The notes: generated by a model from the sequence alone, not told the origin. Shown: positions 1 through 13,299, counted from the first letter of the stretch. The stretch: 64,000 nt of DNA from Octopus sinensis (GCF_006345805.1 NC_043013.1:13702001-13766000); one strand, 5' to 3'. Numbers and translations: made by a program.

Positions 1-74
1 TATTAAAAGATATAGATAAAGAAATAATTTCATTCTCAAACGCAGGATAATGCTAATAATATAGCTTGAACAGG

Positions 75-510
75 ATAATCTATCCATATTTTGTAGAAAA
101 ATCTGTTAGGGGCCAGCTATGAGACTCGAACTCAAAACCCTGTGATTACGTTGTAAGTGCTTTACCATCAAGCTAAACTGCCCAGCGACAAATTCTTCTG
201 CAATTTTCGGATATTTAAATCTAGCTTTATAAGACGCTATCATACAGATGAAGAAATAATTTTATTCTCAAACGCATGGTGATGCTAATGATATAGCATG
301 AACTGGAGAAATTAGCCATATTCTGTTTATTGACTTTCAACTTATGTTGTATTATACGTAAGATAGAGTCTTTTGAAGCTAGATTTATGCATCCAAAAAT
401 TGCAAAAGAATTCGTCGCTGGGCAGTTTAGCTTAATGGTAATCACAGGGATGTGAGTTCGAGTCTCATGGCTTGCCTCCGACAGATTTTTCTAAAGAAAT
501 ATGGATAGTT
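75..510. repeat. Imperfect inverted repeat (~80-212 vs ~391-508) containing the tRNA-like sequence
   Basis: ctatccatatt...gcaattttcggat is the approximate reverse complement of atccaaaaattgc...aatatggatag. Positions 18-90 are also repeated directly at 250-322. Confidence 0.8.
109..183 (-). pseudogene. tRNA-derived sequence (tRNA pseudogene or SINE head)
   Basis: Minus strand reads GGGCAGTTTAGCTTGATGGTAAAGCAC...GAGTTCGAGTCTCATAGCTGGCCCC with A-box and B-box. The anticodon arm is degenerate. An internally deleted inverted copy lies at ~421-478. Confidence 0.55.
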
Positions 511-539
511 TATATATACTTATTTTTATGTATTTATTA

Positions 540-1220
540 TTTATTATTTTATGATTATTATATGCGAACTATATTATAAAAATATTAATAGTGGTTGTTT
601 TGTTAAATAGTTTAGTAATTAAATGTTGGAGTATAACTAGGTTAAAGATATTCTAAAGTCTATTAATGTTTTCTTAAAGCTAAATTATATCTCCACATAT
701 AAATACATTTTTCTATCTATTTACTCTATTTTTTTACCTTAAATATTTAACATAATAACTTATGTTTTAAGTTTCAAATTTAGTTAATGGAGTTTCTTTA
801 ATAAGAAAATTATTATTTTATTTATTTTTTAAATAAATATTGTTTAACTCTATTTTCTTATTTATTTAACAATTATTCTTAACCTGAAGATTGATTATAA
901 TTTTAAATTGAATTAATTTCAATTAAACTTAAATTTAATTGTAATTCGAATTTAATTATAGCCATGAAACGTAGTTTTTTTTACTTATTATATATTGATC
1001 ATTCATATTTATACTTTTTGTGATCTAGTTATATGTTTTATAAAAATATATTCTATTTGTTATTTATGTTTTGGTTTATGTCTATCATAGTTTGAGTTGC
1101 TTAATAGTGATTTTATCTCTAATTTTATATTTTATATATTTATATTGTGAATTTTGATTTAATACTAAATTGAATTTTTCCCTGTAAGTTTGGAGTTATA
1201 CTACTTAATATTATTATGAT
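540..1220 (+). mobile_element. Very AT-rich Penelope-like terminal-repeat relic with a hammerhead-like motif (881-976)
   Basis: The 3' part (1130-1215) is homologous to 29180-29275 (minus) and 42590-42705. It contains aac-CTGAAGA-long AT stem-GAAAC-GTA-gtt. Confidence 0.5.
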
Positions 1221-1235
1221 TATATATATATACAT

Positions 1236-1456
1236 GTGTGTGTCTGTTTGTCCCTCATCGCTATGTGACAAGCAGTATTGGCATATTTATGTGCCTGTAA
1301 CACTGCAGTCCGACACTAAGGAACCGATACAATAAGTACCAGGCTTATAAAACAATAAGGACTGGGGAAAATTAATTCGACTAAGGTTCTCTAAGGCGGT
1401 GCTCCAGCATGGCCGCACTCTAATGAATGAATGAAACAAGTAAAAGATAAAAGAAG
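1236..1456 (+). mobile_element. Cephalopod-type SINE, 5' truncated
   Basis: ataagtaccaggctta...gcggtgctccagcatggccgca...tgaaacaagtaaaaga tail, homologous to the full copy at 43872-44280. Confidence 0.85.
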
Positions 1457-1581
1457 AAATAATTTCCAAAGAAATTCCATATTTTTGCGGTTTCTTACAG
1501 GTTTCCAACAATTTTATCCTCTTGGAAATGATTGTGAAGTTTCTTCGTGTAGCGCTAGTTTTCTACACAATCGTTTTATAG

Positions 1582-1687
1582 AGAAAACATCGTATTTATA
1601 CACAATCACTAAATATTATCATGGAACACATTAAAACTGCCATTGAGTTTGATTTTAAAACAAAACTGGAAATGTGTGGAGAGAAAT
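1582..1687 (+). CDS. Candidate host exon (RKHRIYTQSLNIIMEHIKTAIEFDFKTKLEMCGEK)
   Basis: Pyrimidine-rich acceptor tcgttttatag, 106 nt open frame, donor AT|gtaaga, non-repetitive sequence. No homology recognised. Confidence 0.3.
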
Positions 1688-1782
1688 GTAAGAATATTTA
1701 GCTTACCAAAAAAGGTGGACAACCTGCGAAATAGTTTGAGCATTTTGAAACGTTGAAAGTCTTGAAACTGCAGAGTCTTGAA

Positions 1783-2958
1783 ACATTGTTTGGCATCTTC
1801 TTCTCGCTCTTACTTTCACATTCCTTTCAGACATCAGATGATGGAGTGTTTCTGCACAGTAGAAGTGACGGGAAACTGTTCAATCTCTTGCGCCTGCGTG
1901 CCAAGACCAACATCAGAAACGTCCTGATCAAGGAGATGTTATTTGCTGATGATGCCGCTCTGGTAACACACACAGCAGAAGCCCTCCAAAGGCTCATTAA
2001 CTGTTTTGAGCAAGCATGTAACGACTTTGGCTTAGCTATCAGCCTTAAGAAGACCAACATCATGGGCCAGGCTACATCGGACATCCCAAACATACATATT
2101 GGAGACCACAGATTACAAGAGGTGGAGAAGTTTACCTATCTGGGCTCTACCGTCACCTACAATCTATCCCTTGACGCTGAGCTCAATATACGTATTGGCA
2201 AGGCAGCTGCTGCGATGGCCCAACTCTCCAAACGGGCTTGGGACAACACTAAGCTGACCAAGACCACGAAAATGAAGATCTACCAGGCATGTGTACTCAG
2301 CACTCTACAGTATGGAAGTGAGACCTGGACGCTATACACACGCCAAGAGCGTCGCCTAAACATATTTCACCTGCGCTGCCTCCGAAAAATCCTCCGCATC
2401 AAATGGTAGAATCATATCCCCAACAAAGATGTCCTCAGGCAAGCAGGAATACCAAGCATGTTTGCACTCCTCACACAAAGACGTATGAGATGGCTTGGGC
2501 ATGTTAGCCGTATGAAAGATGGCAGAATCCCCAAGGACATACTCTACGGAGAGCTTGCTAGGGGTACTAGGTCTGTGGGTAGACCGATCTTACGTTACAA
2601 GGATGTTTGCAAAAGGGACATGAAGGCCTGCAACATCAATATTAGCGGTTGGGAGGCAGTTGCCGGCAACCGTGGAGAATGGCGACGTACCGTAAAAGAG
2701 GGAATACAAAGGAGTGACAGAGAGAGAGAGGAGAAGTGGAAAGAAAGGAAGAGACGTAAACAAGAGACTATGGCAATACAACCAGCCAGGAACAGTCTTC
2801 GCTACATTTGCGGTACCTGCCAGAGGGAGTGTTTGTCCAGGATAGGACTACACAGCCACAGCAGGAAATGTATCAGGACATGAAATATAAAAGCCGGACT
2901 AGACTACTTCATGCGCAACACCATTGTCTCCCGAGACAGAAAGGATGCCAATACAATA
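1783..2958 (+). mobile_element. RTE (BovB-like) LINE, 5' truncated: RT C-terminal half and 3' end
   Basis: LFADDAAL, FTYLGS, RRMRWLGHVSRMKDGRIPK and terminal CxxC...HxxxC motifs. ORFs 1753-2409 and 2458-2883 share one frame, split by a single TAG at 2407. Confidence 0.95.
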
Positions 2959-3029
2959 CTGCTTGGTGCCTGTAACATCCCTCATCAGATATAGAGGAAA
3001 CAGTTAAGTCAGTGTTGGAGATTTTGCTA

Positions 3030-4515
3030 GTCTTGCTTACAGTTTCCCTCATTTCACAATCATGTAGCAACATTTATCCTGGCCAAACTGCAGCTCTGTA
3101 GCCTTTGAGAATGTACGTATGTCATTATTCAGTTTTATTTCAAGATTTCTTGCCAAAAGAGAAAGGGCCAGTTTCCTAACAAAAATCCAAGGCTCCTTCA
3201 TTGTAATTTTAGCATCAACAACAGGATATGTTTGTGTGTATGTATATATGCATACGTACAGCTTTGTGGCTTTTGTGTATGTATGTATGTATGTATGTAT
3301 GTATGTATGTATGCATGTGTGTATGCATATATATCTATTTATGTATGTATGCAAGCATTTATGTATGTATGCCAGTATTCAGTTTTATTCAGTTTTATTT
3401 CAAGCTTTCTTGACAATAGAGGAGCCGGATTCTAACCCATAACCAATTCTTCATTTGAATTTCAAAAATATAAATCAAATATTTGTGTATGTGCATTTTG
3501 TATGTTTTGTTTTATGTATGTATTCCAATGCATATACTTGCATATCTAGACATACTCATATATACTTAAATGATAAGCCTCTGGAAAATTTTATAAGATA
3601 TTTAGAGTTCCATTGATTGCTTGGATCTGTAGTCTTCGAATTAGCTTTCTTCTTTCTGAGTTTGAGAAGTCCAATTACTCAAGATTGGTATTTAAGCATT
3701 GTGTTACATATACTAGTGCCCTAATAATTACAGGTATAAACACGAACTTGTAATCTGATTAGAGTAACTGCAGATTTTGCGTAGGTATTTTATTTTTCAG
3801 CGTATTTTCTCTTTCGCTTCTCTTTGGCTTTATGTTAACATCTGCAGGGGAGTTGACTTCCACAACGATACACAGTCTCTCTTCTGTATCCCAAATCATT
3901 ATACCAGGTATATGTTTATAATTTATTGAGGTTTCCAGTGGAGCATTTCACCTGTACTCCTTTTTATTATAAGTGGATATGGAGTCTACCATACCGTGGG
4001 TTCTTCTTTGTTCTCGGGTTTATGCTTCCGACGGAACTCGTTATATACAATGTCCTAGCTACTACATCATATCTCATCGGTAGCTAATACAGTGATGACA
4101 TTTTCGACCAACTGTATAGGTTGTCATATATTACTGCTTTTCATGTATCTCTCTTCTTTTGTGCATCGTATATTTGGTTGATATTTCATATCCCTGGATT
4201 GAAACCGCATACTCTTCAAGTCAAGGTGGGAAGTAGGAATCTGGTTGATGGTTTATAATAGACTGCTTTAATGACAAATGTTACTATTATCTCGGTGCTT
4301 CCTACTCACATATACATGCATGGGCTTCTGCTGATATGCGCTCATCTTTTCATCTGATGACATACCGTGGTAGAGTCGTGCGGCTTTTTTGATATGTATT
4401 TAAGCTTATCAGACAAGAAATGCTGCTCAAGGAGCCGCTTTCCAAGTCTTATGATCTTAGCCTCATATATGCAAACCTGGTCAAGAGATGCACTTAGACA
4501 TTTGGTGGTTAAAAG
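3030..4515 (-). mobile_element. Degenerate RLE-type (R4/Dong/NeSL-like) non-LTR element in two pieces split by (TATG)n
   Basis: Minus-strand translation gives LQFGQDKC (post-RT) and PGIMIWDTEERLCIVVEVNSP (PD...E restriction-like endonuclease). The 3' end is near 3380. Confidence 0.7.
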
Positions 4516-5681
4516 ATTATGTATGTATGTCTGTATGTATGCATGTATGTATGTATATAAGCATGTACGTATGTATATATATACGTATGCATTCATGTAT
4601 TTATATATGCATATGTATCCATAAATTTATGTATCTATGTATATAAGCATGTGTTTATGTATGTGTGTATGCATGTATATATGTATGTATGTGTGTATGT
4701 ATGTATATATGTATGTATGTATATATGAACGGATGAATGGATGGATGTACGGATGGATGTCTACATGAATGTATATTGGATTACGTAGGTATACAAATTT
4801 TGTCATTTGACCTGTCATGTTAGTGTATTCTTAAGTTTTGTCACGATTAGAATGCATTGTATGATCTCATATAGGAGTGGCAAATTGCAGCTGTCACGGC
4901 CTCCTGATAGATAGATTTGTCTTTCGGATTAAGCTTACCGTCTTTTCTTTAAAATCAGTATGACCTCTTTTATACTTCAATGCGCTTTACTATTTAATGT
5001 GTGGGCGCCAGGTTTAGACCGCACCATTATACTAAAAGTATTTGCATTGAACAGTTCGGCTTAGATGAACAGAATCGAAGGTTGGCATTGGTATGTATCT
5101 GTTTTATGATTATTTTGTTTATCCTCAAACCTTTGGCTAATTTTCTGATCCCTGATCAAATGCTTTCGAACTTTTGCAGAAATGATGTAACAGCTGCTTC
5201 GTTATCTGTGAACTCTTAGGAATGTTAATCAATTCCATTTAAAAATCTATAATTTATAGTTTCTCCCCGTAGTTTCGACACTATTCCGATATTTTAAAAA
5301 CAATATTGTTTTTATTAACTTTTCATCCAACTACACCACAAAATCTTCACTTTTGAACATTTTCGAAATTCATTTTATATGTTTGTGTTTCTACATTTAA
5401 ACAAAATAAGATCAGACGTTCTTTTTCAAAATCTCAAAATAATTTTCATACATACGTACATACATACATACATACATACATACATACATACATACATACA
5501 GAAATGTGCATTATCTATTGTTGAGTCATTATACCTGAGAATGTAAACTTTCTACTTCTTATGTTCTGTCTAATAACCATAACCAACTCATGCCAGCATG
5601 GAACATGGATGTTAAATGATGATGATGATGAACCCAAAACTACTTTACTCAGATCCTTCTGAATTGTTTTGTATACATCTG

Positions 5682-5746
<65 letters not shown>

Positions 5747-6418
5747 ATATAATGAACTTAACTACATATAATTTGGTAGAAAACTGAATTAGGTAGAGTT
5801 CATAGAAGTAATTGTGAAACAGTATATTAACCATAAAAATATTATTCACTGTCTGCTTGTCTATAAATAGAGAGAAAAAGGCATAGCTATAGTTCACCCT
5901 CAAGTCTGAGCACTTTTTACTTCTTTACTTTTTTTTTACTGACTGTACCAATTTTGAAACGATATTCTGTATTAGATTCCTCTTCATTAAAATTAAATTA
6001 TACTAATTGCTTTTTCTGAAATAAATGAGATATGCTTAAATACGAATTTCACCCTTATTCTCTCTCCAAGTCATCAATATATTTACCTCAAAAATTTTTT
6101 TCCATGCAAAATGTTTAAAGATTGTTTTTTAGAATTAGACTCGCTTCATTTGGAACTTTTAGGGAAGTTTAATTATACTAAATTGTCTTTCAGCCCTTTA
6201 GCATTCAAATTATTTTATTAAATGTTATGCTTATTTATTAATATTGTTTTGGAGATTTTGATGCAATTGTATATTTTTATAATGACATTGTAGAGCAGGT
6301 GTGAGAGGCCGTACCTTGCCAGTTTTATCATGAAGCAGGTAGGATATTTCAACCAGATACAGCCAGTTTAAATGCTAAATGGTTAAGAATATCATTCACT
6401 CATTGCTGTGGGTGAATA

Positions 6419-6419
<1 letters not shown>

Positions 6420-6460
<41 letters not shown>

Positions 6461-6645
6461 ATCACTGCTTGACAATGAGTATTGGATTGTCTTTGTCTCC
6501 ATGAGATAGCACTTTGGCAAAAGAAATCAACAGGAAAAGTATCTAACTTTAAAACAATCACTGAAGTCAATTCAAATACCTAAACTCTTTGAGGCAGAGA
6601 CCCCAGCATGATCACAGTTCTATGACTGATAAAAGTAAAAGAATA
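6420..6645 (+). mobile_element. Degenerate SINE
   Basis: (GT)n, then gcttgacaa...ccccagcatgatcacagt...tgactgataaaagtaaaaga tail. Confidence 0.7.
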
Positions 6646-6918
6646 TTCCTATTTCTATAAAGAATGGGCTGGTCATGGCTGAACTGCCTCTGCTCAAGGC
6701 TCTATTCAAATAGGTTTGATCTGAGCTAACAACAATGATAACTACAGTGACAACTCATGCTAAAAAGAGAGACTCTAGAAATTGCAGCTAAATTTCTTCC
6801 AAATCATACCCAATATATAACAAAAAGAAGTACATATTACAGGTAGATAATATAGTGTTAGATATGACCCTAAAAAGGGTAAAGATGATTATAGCTGGGA
6901 TGCTTTTGATCATAGATC

Positions 6919-7268
6919 TACTTGATTTAAGTTTAACCTGGAGCTAAACAACAAGGAGTATCGCCGCCACCATCACCACTACTGCTATTACTAACACCTC
7001 TTATATTACTTCAACCGCTACCACTAACATGTATTATGAATAGCATTTGAGAATGGACTTACGGTCACATTAAGTACATGCAATAACAATTGTAACAGAG
7101 GAAACATAAAGCCGGATATATCTCAATATGTTAGTGTGATGCGTTAATGTATATAAGCTAACAGGCATATTTACGTGTTTCAGGTGTTTTTAAAGCTTTC
7201 TATTTATTCATTTTATTTCAACGTTTTATTAAGTGTAGAAGATATATATATACATATGTATGTGTATT

Positions 7269-7313
<45 letters not shown>

Positions 7314-7636
7314 CTTCTACACTTAATAAAACGTTGAAATAAAATGAATAAATAGAAAGCTTTAAAAACACCTGAAACACGTAAATATGCCTGTTAGCTT
7401 ATATACATTAACGCATCACACTAACATATTGAGATATATCCGGCTTTATGTTTCCTCTGTTACAATTGTTATTGCATGTACTTAATGTGACCGTAAGTCC
7501 ATTCTCAAATGCTATTCATAATACATGTTAGTGGTAGCGGTTGAAGTAATATAAGAGGTGTTAGTAATAGCAGTAGTGGTGATGGTGGCGGCGATACTCC
7601 TTGTTGTTTAGCTTCAGGTTAAACTTAAATCAAGTA
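6919..7636. repeat. Near-perfect palindrome, ~335 bp arms, (TA/TG)n spacer
   Basis: 6919-7255 is the reverse complement of ~7298-7636. One mismatch seen (ggagct vs agcttc). Confidence 0.97.
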
Positions 7637-8209
7637 TGTGTCAAAATTAACAATTACAGTTTCTCATGAAAATTAACATAGAGGCATGTGACTCGATGAT
7701 TCCAATGTCGATCATAGTGGGAAAGGACTGAGATAGTATTAAGCTTATGGTTAGGAGATCGTTTCGTGGCTGGAGAGAGAAAGAAAGAAGAAGAAAAGAG
7801 GAATACAGGAGAATAAAGGATGGAAGGATGAGAGAAAGACTAATGCGAGGGAGAAAAAGAAGATAATGCATTATCCTTCTATCCTTTAAAGCTTATAAAT
7901 AAAATTATCTTAGTTTTAGTAGAGTTGAGAGAAGAACGAAGACGCACGCACATTTCGATAGATACCTTATATATTTGTTATATTTCTGTAACTTTTAATA
8001 ATTTATAACCCTATTACCATTTATATTTCATATGTATTGTAGAAAACTCATATATTTCATATTCTACATCACATACCAAATCGTATATTTCTGGAATAAA
8101 TATGCATGTGTATATCTCTATCTAGGGTCTGAAGAAGCGCTATAAAACTAAGCACTTCATGGACATGAAACCCAGGGTAACCCCATATAGCAGCCATATC
8201 TAAATTCTC

Positions 8210-8242
<33 letters not shown>

Positions 8243-8809
8243 TAGATATGGCTGCTATATGGGGTTACCCTGGGTTTCATGTCCATGAAGTGCTTAGTTT
8301 TATAGCGCTTCTTCAGACCCTAGATAGAGATATACACATGCATATTTATTCCAGAAATATACGATTTGGTATGTGATGTAGAATATGAAATATATGAGTT
8401 TTCTACAATACATATGAAATATAAATGGTAATAGGGTTATAAATTATTAAAAGTTACAGAAATATAACAAATATATAAGGTATCTATCGAAATGTGCGTG
8501 CGTCTTCGTTCTTCTCTCAACTCTACTAAAACTAAGATAATTTTATTTATAAGCTTTAAAGGATAGAAGGATAATGCATTATCTTCTTTTTCTCCCTCGC
8601 ATTAGTCTTTCTCTCATCCTTCCATCCTTTATTCTCCTGTATTCCTCTTTTCTTCTTCTTTCTTTCTCTCTCCAGCCACGAAACGATCTCCTAACCATAA
8701 GCTTAATACTATCTCAGTCCTTTCCCACTATGATCGACATTGGAATCATCGAGTCACATGCCTCTATGTTAATTTTCATGAGAAACTGTAATTGTTAATT
8801 TTGACACAT
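7636..8809. repeat. Palindrome, ~575 bp arms, (AG)n spacer
   Basis: The arms are reverse complements. The ORF track gives the identical 74-aa peptide at 7647-7871(-) and 8574-8798(+). Confidence 0.97.
8125..8183 (+). ncRNA. Type I hammerhead-like motif with atypical stem II (mirror copy 8262-8320, minus)
   Basis: GGGT-CTGAAGA-...-GAAA-CCC-A-GGG-TA-ACCC. Stem I is GGGT/ACCC with a GUA site. The stem II region pairs irregularly. Confidence 0.45.
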
Positions 8810-8933
8810 TTCGCCTGATGAAAACGGGTTTTTCTTTTGCATGATGTTACAGTTCTGTTCCTCAATAAAAGCACATTACAAACAGATGTAGTGAACCTTT
8901 ATCCATCAGTTGTTATTATATATATAAATATAA

Positions 8934-8935
<2 letters not shown>

Positions 8936-9001
<66 letters not shown>

Positions 9002-9042
9002 GTATTTATATATATATATAGTAGCAGTAGTAGTGGTAACAA

Positions 9043-9099
<57 letters not shown>

Positions 9100-9145
9100 G
9101 AAGAGGAGGTGGCGGTGGAGGAGGTGGTGGAAGGGGAGGAGGAGT
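8936..9145. repeat. Compound microsatellite (TCTA)n-(TA)n-(AGT)n-(GGA/GGT)n
   Basis: Directly visible. Confidence 0.95.
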
Positions 9146-9147
9146 AG

Positions 9148-9520
9148 GCATCCGTCGAGTGCGTTTTTCTTTGGTTGCGAGTTTCTGTTACACTTCCCCT
9201 CGCCTATATGACTACTGGACACAGGCTGTGGTGCCCTGGGTCACCTGCCGAGCCATACCACAGAACAAAATCTTCCAGAGGCCTTTTCGACATTTACTTC
9301 AATGTGGACGATCATTTGCGACCTCCTCTCATCTCAGGACATCCAGATCAAGCGACTTCATAACTCCCTTGAAGACGTCCTTGAACCGAAGGTGAAGTCA
9401 TTCTCGTGCTCTTGTGCCGGTGGGCAATTCCCGGTACAGAAGGTTTTCGAATCCTTCCGTCCGGTATTCGATGCACGTAACCGAGCCAACGCAGACGACG
9501 CTGCTGGAGTAGGATGAGAT
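9148..9520 (-). mobile_element. RTE LINE 3' fragment
   Basis: Minus strand gives LQQRRLRWLGYVHRIPDGRI...LHLRFKDV, homologous to the C-terminus of the 1783-2958 element. Confidence 0.85.
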
Positions 9521-9527
9521 ACTCAAG

Positions 9528-9604
<77 letters not shown>

Positions 9605-10789
9605 ACATAATACATTTCCTAATCTTGTAAGTTAATAGACACAAATAAGTGCTTAAAATACCTCACGCCGTTTATACAGGCATCCTTTGTTTTGCGGAAC
9701 CTCAGGTTACTGAATTTCATACATATAGAAATACAGAAATATGATCACTAATTTCGGAATACTGCCTTTATTTCGCTCCACCCTCATTATAATGCATGTA
9801 AATGTTAAATCATAGTATCAATGATTTTTTTTTACATTGAACAACATCTTCTTCTCACTACTTCCGTCTTCATGTTGGTGTCTTGTGCACTTATTGTTTT
9901 CATACTTTCTCTCACCTACCAGCTCCCTTCTTGGCATCCCTCACATTGTTTGAGCATGTGTCCATTTTTACATAAGTTTGGTGATGGATAATACATCGGC
10001 AATATTGTAAAAAAACATTGTGTGTGTGTGTGTGTGTGTATTACAATACTTTCATAAGAATGTGGCAGCATATGTAGCCATATCATTCAGACGTTTTAGA
10101 TTTTGCAAAAGGTCTACTTTCAGGATATTTCATGCGGACAGACTTCTACCAATTGTTCAGTTTTAATTATATCTGACTCATTCTTTGCTTTCCTTTTTTC
10201 TCTCTCTCTCCCTCTCTCCCCTTTTATGCATTAATTTATTTCATCTACGAAATCAGTCCCTTAAATAACTTCATTTTAAATACAGAAAGATCTCAACTTA
10301 ATAATTCGAATGATCGTCAGTGATGAGATTTGAAGCAAGCAGTTTTTGGAAGGTTTTGATAAAAAGCAAGCAGTTTCCGAATAAACGATCATTTGGTTAA
10401 ATACATCATTTAAAATGATAAATAAGAAAATGTCTCTAGTTTTTTCTATTTTATCCCTCAATTTTCATTTGCTGTTCATTTGGATTCATCACTAGATGTG
10501 GCTTTGCAACTTGTACTTAGTTCACATGAGTAGAAGGTGTATCTCATTACTTTAAAAATGTATCAAGCATTCCTAGGTTTCGCAACCAGTCTTCTTATTT
10601 TCTTTATAAATTTCATAAATCAGATGCAGTATATATTTAAATCAGCATCAACTTTCCTATGTTGCTCAAACTTTGTATCTTGGAACTAGAAATTCTCTTG
10701 CTTTTTAAATATGTGAAAAGGTTTTATGAATTCATTTAAGAGAGAAGCAATAATGAGTTTCCACTATTTGGTCTTTTTTCTTCAGTTTA

Positions 10790-10882
10790 TTTAGAGTGTT
10801 TTTATTAATTTATAATGAATTTAGAGTGTTTTTATTAATTTATAATGAATTTAGAGTATATTTATTAATTTATAATGAATTA
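10790..10882. repeat. 30-bp tandem repeat x3
   Basis: Unit tttagagtgtttttattaatttataatgaa. Confidence 0.95.
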
Positions 10883-10984
10883 TTGTAAAGGGAAAACATG
10901 CACACAATGTTAACCTGCAAACAAAATGAATGGCTGACCGAATGGAAAACATTCACAAACACATTATTGACGTCCAGTGTTGTA

Positions 10985-13130
10985 ATTAAATTTTTGTAGC
11001 AATCTTTATGAATGCTTAATATTATTTTACGGGATTGCCTGCTTAATGAGCGCAAATTACTAGGTTTGGATGTAATAATCATCAGCGAGACTAGGAATTC
11101 GAATACACGCAAATTTGCATCCGTTTGTAGCAGATTCAATATCTTCACATTTCTTATTAAATCTGGAATGGGTGGTGGGGTGGCGAAGTGACAGGATTAT
11201 TTCGGGAAAACCTGGGACTAGAGATCCATTCAATTTTCGTGGACCTGGGCAGACATGATTCTCGAGATGCGCTTTGTCTTCCTGGACTCTATGTTATTGG
11301 TTGTAGATGTGAACAGTAGCGAAGGTGGTGCCTTTAGACTGATAACTGTGTGTTCTTCACTGTGGAAAGGAAGCAGGATTTCTTCAGGCCTTTCGAGGGT
11401 TTCCTAGGAACGTCCCGATCTTTAGTGCTAGTGTGTAATTGCAACGCCATCTTGAATGCATGTCTCACATTCTGGCAGCACATCTGGCCCTTGATCTATT
11501 CTTCTACACTAAGCACGAAGGTTGAATTTTCAGAGCTAGAGTATGCGATCGAAGGAATAAGGGTGGAAGATGCTCAATGCAGCAACAAGGCCACAATTCG
11601 ACCTTTGGCGAATTTGGAAGGGTGCGTGACGCTCTACTACAGCAGATGTGACACTTCGCTTAACTATTTGGGGTGGACTATGGATGGAGATGAGCTTTAC
11701 TGCCTACATCGATGGTGTGCCATGGCTCTTGGCCTGGAATGCGAAGTTCTGTAAAAAGCCGATATCAGCTGATGAAATACGGGAAACAATATCGGGCTGG
11801 ACGATGGAGGAGTCACCGGGGCCTGATGGTCTGTCCTTCAAGCTTTATCGTCATATGCCAGACTTATTCAGGGACTGCTTGACAGATTTCTATTGCAACT
11901 GGCAATAAACGTGGGAATATCCAGTTCTGTGGAAAGAAGTGTAGTGTTGCTGCTGAGAAAGGACCCGAACAAGTGAGATGGTTTGAAGATTTTGACCAAA
12001 ATATTATCGAAAAAGTTGGTGCTGGTCCTCGATACTCCGATAGGTGAGGCACTGAATGTGCTATAGCAAACAGATTTATCTATAACAATCTCCACCTCAC
12101 ATGGTTCACCACAGAAAATTTAGGTAAAAAGCCTGGCATAGGTGGGGTTCTGGTTAATTTAAATCAGTTGGAACCGTTTGATAGAGTTGACCATTAATAC
12201 TTGGTGACATTCCACTAAGTAATTGGATTCGGGCTCGTCTGCAGAAGCTAGATCATTACAATTTATTGTGTCATTTGCTTGGTGGTAACTTTAAATAGTC
12301 ACCTATCGGTACTGTTTAGTATCAAGTACTCCGACCGTCAAGGATGACACCTCTCTTCCCTTTCTCTTCTGTACGTACTGTCCTAAGAGTTACTTCCTCT
12401 GAATTTGGGGGTTAAATGGGTTGGGGGCATCCCGTCAGAACTCTGGCATGAAAGATCCATGATTGCAGAAGCGGGTAATTGTCAGTGAAATAATGTCGGA
12501 GCTGATTGGTACTACACTGGGGAGCTGCGAGACGGGGACAGGAACAAAAGTTAACCAGAAGACGTCGGTGAGATTGCATCTGGGTACCTGGAGAAGCAGG
12601 TCCATGCCGTCCAACAGCATCATGGGGTAGTGGACGACTGTACCGGTTAAATTGCTCACGATTTGGTTTGATCCAAATCTCCAAGTGGAACAGACCTGGG
12701 AGACGGGATTTGTGGGGTGGCTAGTTTCAGTAAGAAATGGCTGTGAAGAAACTGTCCATGAAAGGCTTACTTTGCTTATGTTATCACCAGACTCTCGTGC
12801 CTTGCTCCACTTCATGGCTGATGAGATTGAAGCGTTTGGTTTTTCTTTTTCTGTGGAAGGGATGTGATCTATTGGTCAAACAGTTCATTCGCTGTCAACA
12901 TACGCTGAGTGGAGGACCGATCATGCAATGTCTAGTGATGCGCAGTCACGCTCTGAGCCTGCGACATGTCCAACATTTCCTTGACGATAAGGATGTGCGA
13001 TTACCGATTGTTAGATCCACAGATCGTGCCCCTGACTGAGCTGGAGTCCTGGATGGAGCGTAGACTAAGGCAGGGTGCTTGGCAGCTTGAGTGCTGGCAG
13101 GCGCTTACTCCTTACTGGCATTTCTTCTCG
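10985..13130 (+). mobile_element. Highly degenerate Tx1/L1-clade LINE ORF2 (APE + RT)
   Basis: DVIIISET (APE), SPGPDGLSFKLY, NQLEPFDRVDH (DQxKAFDRVxH-like) and RQG..SLP remnants, with many stops and frameshifts. Confidence 0.8.
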
Positions 13131-13299
13131 CTCTTTATGCTCCAGCTTCAAATACCACCACGGTCAACTTTGCTTTCATCGTTTTCGGGATCAATAAAAT
13201 AAGAACCCAGTGAGTTCTGGAGCCGATTTTATCGACTTGCTTGCTCCCTCAAGATTCCATTTAAGAGTTTACATCAAATAATAGTCCTATTATTTGATG

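Noticed and set aside
7647-8798. Identical hydrophobic 74-aa ORF on both strands
   Set aside because: A by-product of the palindrome and a pyrimidine-rich tract. There is no independent coding evidence.
8815-8860. CTGATGA right after the second palindrome
   Set aside because: No stem II or GAAA partner follows. The same holds for CTGATGA at 20743.
10790-10882. CRISPR-like 30-bp repeats
   Set aside because: No spacers, no cas genes and a eukaryotic context. It is a simple minisatellite.
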